A stretch of 15,166 nt of DNA, taken from NCBI GenBank assembly GCA_029856435.1, contig JAHQXB010000008.1, positions 1 through 15,166 on the forward strand, in the 5' to 3' direction. A program made the translations under genes and the position numbers. Source of the DNA: Candidatus Jordarchaeia archaeon. GTDB lineage: Archaea; Asgardarchaeota; Jordiarchaeia; Jordiarchaeales; Jordiarchaeaceae. This document shows positions 8,799 to 15,166 of this stretch, piece after piece (position 1 is the first letter of the stretch; every line of letters starts with the position of its first letter). Below the pieces are notes generated by a model. The model searched no databases and was not told the origin of the DNA. It saw nothing but the letters and a program-made list of their open reading frames with translations.

Positions 8799-9038
8799 GC
8801 AAGAACTATGCTCAATGGCCGACTCGGGGCATGACTCGACACATGCGCAACATTCGGTACAGTCTTCGACTCGTGGGGCGGTGGATTTGCCTTCAACCAG
8901 TTCATATACGTTTCCGCAGCCTAAGCGCCCGGCTTAGGCTCCTACGGGGCAAACGTCTACGCATTCTCCGTCGCCGGTGCATTTGTCGTAGTCTATTTTG
9001 ATTACTATGTCTCCGGATTTGAATTCTTTTACCACCAT
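8796..9038 (-). CDS. fdx: Dicluster-type ferredoxin (70 aa after removal of the 30-nt insertion at 8912-8941); exons 9038-8942 and 8911-8796
   Basis: Manual translation after splicing: MVVKEFKSGDIVIKIDYDKCTGDGECVDVCPVDVYELVEGKSTAPRVEDCTECCACVESCPESAIEHSSC*. Motifs CxxDxxCxxxCP and CxxCxxCxxxCP. RBS GAGGA at 9050-9046. Read unspliced, it stops at TAA 8936-8934, which is why the ORF track lacks it. Confidence 0.9.
8912..8941 (-). other. Candidate bulge-helix-bulge (tRNA-type) intron in the ferredoxin mRNA
   Basis: Sequence GAGCCUAAGCCGGGCGCUUAGGCUGCGGAA. It has a perfect 9-bp inner stem (8940-8932/8926-8918), a 4-bp central helix CCGU/GCGG (8947-8944/8917-8914), and 3-nt segments AG^G and AA^A on opposite strands. 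Confidence 0.7.
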
Positions 9039-9097
9039 TTTTGGTTCCTCGCTATTTTTTTGTTTGTGGATTGCTAGATAAACATTTTTAATTGAAA

Positions 9098-9111
9098 TAT
9101 ATAGTTTTTGG
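9098..9111 (-). promoter_or_regulatory. Putative BRE/TATA (CCAAAAAC-TATATA) for the ferredoxin gene
   Basis: TATATA at 9103-9098 with an A-rich upstream element, about 60 nt before the ATG. Confidence 0.35.
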
Positions 9112-9885
9112 TTTACGGGAAAGCACAGTTTAACTGAGTGTCACCTTTTGGGTGCATGTTTGAGTCGCGTCCTGCGTCCCCATATTGAAGCTCATTTTAA
9201 GTTATTCTGTAGGGCAAAAAAGCCAAAAAGGGCACATCAAGGGATGATGAAAGCCGAAAAACAAACAACACGCAGCAGGCGACACCAAATTAATTGTGCC
9301 TACGGGAATTTGTTAAAAAAGTAAGTCTTTTTCGCGGTCTGGTTGCAATTTCTTCAAGGGTTGGTGGGGTGTGTGGTGCAAAGCCTTCCTTCATGGTATA
9401 TTTCTGCCTTGGAATCACCAGAATCACCCATTTAAACCCCCCGGAAAAGCCAGTCAGAAACCCTAAAACAGCAATTTTTTAACAAGTTCGGTTTACGGGT
9501 TGGAAATTGGTTGTGTTGTCTTTTTGCATACGTTTTTCATAATTTTTTCCTTTTTTGGTTCTAAAGGGTTTTTTGATTTTTGGAGCCTGTTTGCGGCTAA
9601 AACTGGCGTATTCCGCTAATTGTCCGTCTCGTAAAGCCACTATATTGAATTGCGGCGCTTGACTCATACTCTAAAGAAAAGATTGGCCAGTTTGGTTGTA
9701 AATTTAATTTAAGGCTTTGATATATTTTTTGGGGGACTTTTATAATACTAGGTAGATAATGTGGCTGGTTTTGAGGATTGTGAGCATATTTTTAAGTCGT
9801 GGTTTTCCTGTTGACGCCTTTATTTTATCCGTTTGTACTTGGAAAAATAATTTGGTGGGAAGCGGTGAGTTGAATGGCGGTAATT

Positions 9886-9945
9886 GGGTTGTTTTTTGTG
9901 GAATAGGGGTGTGGGTTGTTTTTGGTGGTTGTTTTTGGGTTTTTA
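9886..9945. repeat. G/T-rich skewed tract right after the stop of ORF 9943-10353
   Basis: gggttgttttttgtggaataggggtgtgggttgtttttggtggttgtttttgggttttta is almost entirely G/T on the + strand. Confidence 0.5.
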
Positions 9946-10353
9946 GGCGATTCTTTTTCCTGGTGAGGGTACTATGGATCCGAGGTATACCTCTTCTACT
10001 TTGATTAGTCCTATTGCTGGGGGTCGGAAGTAGGCGTTGTATTTTAGTTGTGGTACTTCGTTGAACATGTCGTATAGTGGTCCTGAGTCTTGGAAGCCTA
10101 TGAATTTTCCTTTTACTTGGTATTGTATTTCTTTGTTGGCGAGTACGCTGACTGCGCATCTGCCGTTGGAGAGTAGGTTTTTCTTGGTTTTGTTTAGTGC
10201 TAGGTCTGCGAAGGCTAGTGTTTCGTCGTCTATTGCTATCATTGAGAGTATGTAGACCACGTTGGGTTTTCCTTCATCGTCCACTGTGGCCAAAAATTTG
10301 ATGGTATTAAGATCCATGAATTTTTCCAGAACTTTGGGTGGCATCTTAACCAT
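9943..10353 (-). CDS. Pyridoxamine 5'-phosphate oxidase-like FMN-binding split-barrel protein
   Basis: Motifs FLATVDDEGKPNV, KTKKNLLSNGRCAV and YQVKG. GGAGG RBS at 10365-10361. Lies 35 nt downstream of the activase. Confidence 0.85.
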   Translation of the reverse strand: MVKMPPKVLEKFMDLNTIKFLATVDDEGKPNVVYILSMIAIDDETLAFADLALNKTKKNLLSNGRCAVSVLANKEIQYQVKGKFIGFQDSGPLYDMFNEVPQLKYNAYFRPPAIGLIKVEEVYLGSIVPSPGKRIA

Positions 10354-10388
10354 ACTTTCTCCTCCACATTTTTTAATAATTTAAATAA

Positions 10389-11312
10389 TCAACTTTTATC
10401 CTCGTGTCCCACTATGATTACATTTTTTAGACCAGTGGATTCCATAATTTTCTTGTATTTGAGCATCTCTTCTTTGTCTGGAGGCTTCACACCGTCGAGG
10501 GCGTATTTTCTGCCCAAACTTTTGTATTTGGGTTCTCCGAGGCGGTGGTGGGGTAGGAGGTCGATTCTCTCAACGCTGGGAAGCTTTTTCGCTATGAATT
10601 CTGCGATTTTTCTTATGTTGTCTTCGTTGGCGGTGTAGCCGGGAATGACGGGTACGCGTATCCACATGGGTTTTACTCTGCTCATTTTTTCGGCGTTTTC
10701 CAGGATTAGGTCTGGCTTTATTCCCACGTATTTCAAGGATTTCTCCACATTCATTTCTTTCAAGTCGTACATGACCAAGTCGGTGTAGGGCAATATTCTC
10801 TCATAGGTTTCCCACTTGGTGCAGCCGCTGGTCTCTATGGCGGTGTGAATCCCTGCCTCTTTGCACTTTTTCAGGAACTCCTCTAGGAATTCTATTTGTG
10901 AGATGGGTTCCCCTCCTGTGAGGGTGACTCCTCCATTAGAGGTTTCATAGAAAACTTTGTCTTTTTCAACTTCCTTGAGCACTTCGTCGGGGGTCATTTT
11001 TTTCCCCACAACTTCTATTGCTTTGGGAATGCAGACTTCGGCGCATTTACCGCAACTGTTGCACTTGTCCCTATCTATTTTGGGGGTTTTATCCTCAACT
11101 ATTATTGCTTTTTCGGGACAGACTTGGGCACAGTCTCCACAATTAATGCATCTTTTGTCAAAAACGAATATTTCCCGCTGGAAGGATTGCCCCTCGGGAT
11201 TGTGGCACCACACACACTTTAGGGGACAGCCTTTCATGAAGACAACTGTTCTTATTCCCGGCCCGTCCTCTGTAGAGAATCTCTCTATGTTAAAAATTAC
11301 CGCCTCTTTCAT
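10389..11312 (-). CDS. Glycyl-radical enzyme activating enzyme (radical SAM, with a 2x[4Fe-4S] insert)
   Basis: Motifs DGPGIRTVVFMKGCPLKCVWCHNPE (CxxxCxxC), CINCGDCAQVCP, CNSCGKCAEVC, GGVTLTGGEP and LLPHHRLG. Confidence 0.95.
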   Translation of the reverse strand: MKEAVIFNIERFSTEDGPGIRTVVFMKGCPLKCVWCHNPEGQSFQREIFVFDKRCINCGDCAQVCPEKAIIVEDKTPKIDRDKCNSCGKCAEVCIPKAIEVVGKKMTPDEVLKEVEKDKVFYETSNGGVTLTGGEPISQIEFLEEFLKKCKEAGIHTAIETSGCTKWETYERILPYTDLVMYDLKEMNVEKSLKYVGIKPDLILENAEKMSRVKPMWIRVPVIPGYTANEDNIRKIAEFIAKKLPSVERIDLLPHHRLGEPKYKSLGRKYALDGVKPPDKEEMLKYKKIMESTGLKNVIIVGHEDKS

Positions 11313-11360
11313 CTCGGTGCCCTTCGGTGCGGTATCTAATTTTACCTCACTCTTTTCAGA

Positions 11361-13745
11361 CTATATGGCGTGTTCTGTACGCGCAATTATTTCCTCCTGT
11401 ATTGCTTTTCCCAGAGTTACAAAGTATGCGCTGTACCCTGTCACTCTCACCAGTAGGTTTAGGTACTTTTCGGGATGCTTTTGTGCTTCTCTGAGTGTGG
11501 CGGCATCAATCACATTGGTCATTAAGGCGGTTCCACCTAGAATGTCGAAGGCTCTAAGTAGGGATGCGAGTTTTTTGAGATGCTCCTTGTCCCTTAGGGA
11601 TGAGGGACTGAACTGAATAACGCAGGAAGCACCGTTGGGGGTTACGTCAAATCCCAGTTTTGCTACGGACTTCAGACAGGCTGTGGGGCCGGATTTGTCT
11701 CTGCCTTGAACTGGCTGCACGCCATTAGAAAGGTAGGTTCCGCGGGTTCTTCCATCTGGTGTAGAGGCGGTTTTGGGAGCCCAGTCTATAAAGTAGTTCC
11801 AAGAGAGGTAGCCCGCGCGGTAGCGTCTGCCGCTGACTGGAGCTTGATACTTGAAGACTTCTTCTGACCAGAAGCGGGAAATATCTCTGGCTATCAGGTC
11901 CACGTAGTCGTCGTCGTTTCCAAATTTGGGTGCGTCGTTAATCAGCATTTGGCGCAGTTTCTCGTATCCTATAAAGTCAGCTTTTATTGCTTGGATGAGC
12001 TCCTGCATGGTGATTTTCTTTTCTTCAAATACCAGCTTTTTAACTGCTGCTAGGGAATCGGCAACTGTTGCTATTCCCACTCCCTCAACTGTGATAAAGT
12101 TGTATTTTGGTCCTCCAGCATTTACATCCTTACCCTTCTTTATGCAGTCACCCACTATGGCTGAGAGGAAGGGCACCCTCTCATAGGTGGCTCTCAGAGT
12201 GTCGAAGTCCATGTTTAACTCTATGAGGAGTCTGAGAAGGTTCTTAAGCTGAATCTTGTAAGCGTTTAGAAATTCCTCAAAGGTTTTGAAGCTGGTTGGG
12301 TCACCGGTTTCCGGGCCAATCTGTTCTCCGGTTAACATGTCCTTTCCATTATTCAAAACAAGCTCAACGGCTTTAGCTAGATTAACGTTAACATCAACTG
12401 TTCCTGACCGATCATTCCCTTGAGAAGTGTTTTCAAGGCAGCCCACAACCCCATAATCCAAAGCCTCCTCGCGAGACAAACCCTCCCACTCCAAAGCCTT
12501 TACACAGATGCTGTCAAAGTTGAGTAGGAAGGGTGAACCACCTTTACACCTGTGTATGGCTTCAACAAGCCGCATAAGAAAGGCTTCGGGTGTATCCTTA
12601 TGAATCCTAATGTTAGTCTTGGGCTCTAAAAGATTCATTTCTTCAATAACATCTATTAAAAGCCAGGACAAATCGTTGGTAGCATCTTTTCCATCCCGCC
12701 CCAAGCCACTGATGGTCATAAGCTGACCATAACCAGAATTTATACCCTGCCTTCCTAAACGCAACCCAAGATAGTCATAGGCATAGTTATGCTTTATCCA
12801 GAAGCATTGTAGAATCTCTTTGGCCTGTTCTCGAGTAAGTTTTCCCTCTTTTAAGTCCTTCTCATAGTAGGGATACATGTACTGGTCAAATCTACCATGG
12901 GAGAGCCCTGCACCGATGTAGGACTCTGACATGTTGCTTAGCATGTGAGTGAACCAGACACCTTGCACCGCTTCCCAGAAGCTCTCTGCGGGGTTCCATG
13001 GAACCTTGTCACAAATCCTCGCTATCTCTAAGAGCTCTTCCTTTCTCTTAGGATCCTTCTCAGCAGCCGCCTGTCTCCTTGCCTCCTCAGCATGTCGGTG
13101 GGCAAACTCCTTCACCGCTTCGCAGCAAATTATGACTGCTCTCAGGAAATCTTTTTTCTCCTGCTCAGTTGCTTTTTTCAGTTCTTCCTCCGCTTCTTCC
13201 TTGATGCCCTTAAAGCCCACTCTGAGAGGCTTAGGATAGTCTGGAACTATGTGACCCGGAATTGGCCCAGTGGTTCCCAGACCCAAATCCAGATAGTGCC
13301 TTAGCCTCTGCATATACACGGTGTCTCTTGCCTTCCAATCTGCGGCTTCGGCCTGGTTCAGGCAAAGTGACATTGCAACTGCGTAATGGGCTCCTGCGAT
13401 GAGGTCTCCCTCAAGAATGTATACTGGATGAATCCTTAACACGTTTCGGAAAAATATTGCTTGGCGCACAATCTGTGGCTCATCCCAAAACCCCTCAGGC
13501 AAATCCACCTTCACAGCCATGGCGTTAAAGGAATCCTCCACCGCATTACCGTAAACCAGAAGCTCCGGAGCGCTGGCATAGTTGTGCTGAATCCAAGTGG
13601 TGTCCCAAGGAGTACCCGTAGTATACGGAATAGCTTCGTTTCTGAAGTATTCGCGTTTCTCAAAATTCCAGTATTCGTCTCTGAGACGCTTAACCCTCGG
13701 GGACAAATTCTTGGAAGGTCCCCAAACTTCAGTTTCCTTTAACAC
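11361..13745 (-). CDS. Glycyl radical enzyme, PFL2/eliminase-like, substrate unknown
   Basis: Cys loop VVGCLE, Gly loop LVRVTGYS, plus GRFDQY, PKFGNDD and TPDGR. GTG start with GGAGG at 13757-13753. Confidence 0.95.
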   Translation of the reverse strand: MLKETEVWGPSKNLSPRVKRLRDEYWNFEKREYFRNEAIPYTTGTPWDTTWIQHNYASAPELLVYGNAVEDSFNAMAVKVDLPEGFWDEPQIVRQAIFFRNVLRIHPVYILEGDLIAGAHYAVAMSLCLNQAEAADWKARDTVYMQRLRHYLDLGLGTTGPIPGHIVPDYPKPLRVGFKGIKEEAEEELKKATEQEKKDFLRAVIICCEAVKEFAHRHAEEARRQAAAEKDPKRKEELLEIARICDKVPWNPAESFWEAVQGVWFTHMLSNMSESYIGAGLSHGRFDQYMYPYYEKDLKEGKLTREQAKEILQCFWIKHNYAYDYLGLRLGRQGINSGYGQLMTISGLGRDGKDATNDLSWLLIDVIEEMNLLEPKTNIRIHKDTPEAFLMRLVEAIHRCKGGSPFLLNFDSICVKALEWEGLSREEALDYGVVGCLENTSQGNDRSGTVDVNVNLAKAVELVLNNGKDMLTGEQIGPETGDPTSFKTFEEFLNAYKIQLKNLLRLLIELNMDFDTLRATYERVPFLSAIVGDCIKKGKDVNAGGPKYNFITVEGVGIATVADSLAAVKKLVFEEKKITMQELIQAIKADFIGYEKLRQMLINDAPKFGNDDDYVDLIARDISRFWSEEVFKYQAPVSGRRYRAGYLSWNYFIDWAPKTASTPDGRTRGTYLSNGVQPVQGRDKSGPTACLKSVAKLGFDVTPNGASCVIQFSPSSLRDKEHLKKLASLLRAFDILGGTALMTNVIDAATLREAQKHPEKYLNLLVRVTGYSAYFVTLGKAIQEEIIARTEHAI

Positions 13746-13791
13746 AAAAAACCCTCCATAACAAGCTTAATATTTCATCAACGAAAAAAAT

Positions 13792-13806
13792 GTTATAACC
13801 TTTTCG
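13792..13806 (-). promoter_or_regulatory. BRE-TATA promoter of the GRE operon (CGAAAA-GG-TTATAA)
   Basis: Near-consensus archaeal BRE at 13806-13801 and TATA at 13798-13793, about 50 nt upstream of the GTG start. Confidence 0.6.
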
Positions 13807-13934
13807 TAGAATGGTTCAAAAAAAGTTAAAATCCAACATAAAAAGTAAGAAAAGAAATCCTAAACACATCCCTTGATAAAGGGAACCGCCAAACCAGACA
13901 ACGAAATGGCACAGGCTTCTCTTTTTTACGATTC

Positions 13935-15166
13935 CTATATTTTCCTTGCTATTTCTGCGGCACTATGTATTGCGTTCATTATCTTTCCACGCTGTGCAGC
14001 GTCGCCAACCACATATATTTCCGGAACTTTATCTTTTAACTTCTCATAAAGGCTACTGTTTGGTACTGTTCCTAGAGCCACAACCACTGTATCCGCCTTT
14101 TCCAAGGTTCTCTGTCCTTCCTTCTCATAAATAGCTCCCTCCGAGGTTACCTCGACCACCTTGGCCTGGGTTACGAGTTTTCCGCCAAAGTCAGCAAATT
14201 TGTGCCTAACATAGTAGTTGAATGCGGGAATCATTTCTGTAGCCACCCTTTTCATCTGCTCAATTATGGTGACCTTTTTTCCCTGCTCTGCCAGGTAGTA
14301 GCCGGTTTCCAGGCCGATCTCTCCGCCGCCCAGAATAACCACCTTCTCTCCCACCCACACCTTTCCGGCTAAAACATCTGTGGCTAACACAACATTACCA
14401 CCATCTATTCCGGGAATGCTGGGAAGAACCAAACTAGAACCAGTAGCAACACAAACCACGTCTGGCCTCAGATCATAAATCTTAGACTCGGTGATTTCCT
14501 CCCCTAAATGGACGCTAACCCCCAGCCTCTCAAGCTCATACCTAAAGTAGGGAACTATGTTTTTCAACTCGTACTTGTATGAGGGAACCGAAGCCAGCAA
14601 CACTTGTCCACCGAGCTCCCCTGTCTTCTCATAGAGTGAAACGTGGTGTCCCCTCAAAGCCGCGACTCTTGCAAACTCCATCCCCCCCACTCCGCCACCT
14701 ACAACCAAAACTCTCTTGGGTTTCTTTGCAGGCTGGATTCGGAACTCTTCCTCTCTCCCCACAGCAGCATTCAGAACACAAGTTACAGATTTAAGAAAAA
14801 GCAGCATGTTTATGCACCCCTCATTGCAAGCTATGCAGGGCCTTATCTCCCTCAACCTTCCCTCCATAGCCTTTTTTGGAAGCTCTGGGTCAGCTATCAA
14901 GGCTCTACCCATGGAAACCAGGTCCGCTTGGCCTCTCTCCAAGATTTCCTCGGCCAATTTTACATCGTTTATTCTACCCACAGCTATTACTGGAACATTT
15001 ACCAACTCTTTAATCCCTTGGGCTAGGGGCACCATAAATCCTCTGGGAAGCCACATAGGAGCGGTGGCCTCACCATTCTCCGAGTCATAGATTCCCCCCG
15101 AAACGTGAATGATGTCAACCCCCGCCCTCTCAGCAGTCTGTGCAATCCTTTTGGCCTCTTCCAGAG
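13935..15166 (-). CDS. NADH:flavin oxidoreductase, FadH (2,4-dienoyl-CoA reductase)/OYE family; 5' end outside the window
   Basis: The frame stays open from 15056 to the window end (LEEAKRIAQTAERAGVDIIHVSGG...), so ATG 15056 is internal. Motifs VIAVGRI, GRALIADP, CIACNEGC...C ([4Fe-4S]) and two Rossmann motifs VVGGGVGG and ILGGGEIG. Confidence 0.9.
   Translation of the reverse strand, partial: LEEAKRIAQTAERAGVDIIHVSGGIYDSENGEATAPMWLPRGFMVPLAQGIKELVNVPVIAVGRINDVKLAEEILERGQADLVSMGRALIADPELPKKAMEGRLREIRPCIACNEGCINMLLFLKSVTCVLNAAVGREEEFRIQPAKKPKRVLVVGGGVGGMEFARVAALRGHHVSLYEKTGELGGQVLLASVPSYKYELKNIVPYFRYELERLGVSVHLGEEITESKIYDLRPDVVCVATGSSLVLPSIPGIDGGNVVLATDVLAGKVWVGEKVVILGGGEIGLETGYYLAEQGKKVTIIEQMKRVATEMIPAFNYYVRHKFADFGGKLVTQAKVVEVTSEGAIYEKEGQRTLEKADTVVVALGTVPNSSLYEKLKDKVPEIYVVGDAAQRGKIMNAIHSAAEIARKI

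Noticed and set aside
8305-8905. ORFs 8305-8568 (beyond the tnpA stub), 8489-8905 and 8493-8756
   Set aside because: They are products of the low-complexity tract. ORF 8489-8905 is an off-frame read of ferredoxin exon 2.
8934-8936. Recoding of the in-frame stop as Sec or Pyl
   Set aside because: The codon is UAA, not UGA or UAG, and readthrough would leave a 10-aa insertion next to the cluster-binding CP motif.
8913-8942. Ferredoxin insertion as a 24-nt hairpin mini-element with a 3-bp GGA target duplication (pseudogene explanation)
   Set aside because: Removing 27 nt gives CPVGNVYEL, one residue longer than the usual CPxxV(Y/F)EL spacing, whereas the BHB-predicted 30-nt removal gives the canonical spacing and the rest of the gene shows no decay. 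Disfavoured, but not excluded without RNA data.
9251-9300. ATGATGA as the C box of a C/D sRNA
   Set aside because: No CTGA D box at a suitable distance downstream.
9294-10159. ORFs 9294-9482, 9479-9667, 9740-10159 and 9759-10004
   Set aside because: No motifs or RBS; they are compositionally biased or shadows of the PNPOx-like gene.
1317-15090. Antisense and alternate-frame ORFs inside confident genes (e.g. 1317-1766, 5145-5594, 10957-11616, 14643-15026, 14716-15090)
   Set aside because: They are shadow ORFs of well-supported coding sequences.
1-15166. CRISPR array, tRNA or rRNA genes
   Set aside because: No regularly spaced repeats, cloverleaf structures or rRNA signature sequences were seen on manual reading.

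Overview
Archaeal-looking window (BRE/TATA promoters, GGAGG/GAGGT ribosome-binding sites; the lineage is an inference and cannot be fixed from sequence). In order it holds the 5' end of a secreted or membrane protein gene, a HEAT-repeat protein, and an acyl-CoA module: acyl-CoA dehydrogenase, a BadI/MenB-like crotonase and 3-hydroxyacyl-CoA dehydrogenase. Next is a small decayed accessory patch: a membrane protein, a truncated EVE-domain protein, a beta-class DNA methyltransferase and an IS607 tnpA stub. The window ends with a ferredoxin, a glycyl radical enzyme operon (GRE, activase, FMN-binding protein) and a partial FadH/OYE-type flavo-Fe-S oxidoreductase. The main finding is missed by the ORF track. 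The 70-aa ferredoxin gene (9038-8796, minus strand) is interrupted by a 30-nt hairpin insertion carrying an in-frame UAA. The insertion folds into a relaxed bulge-helix-bulge motif, and cutting it by the standard archaeal splicing-endonuclease rule restores the canonical CPVDVYEL sequence. It is therefore a candidate tRNA-type intron in an mRNA.
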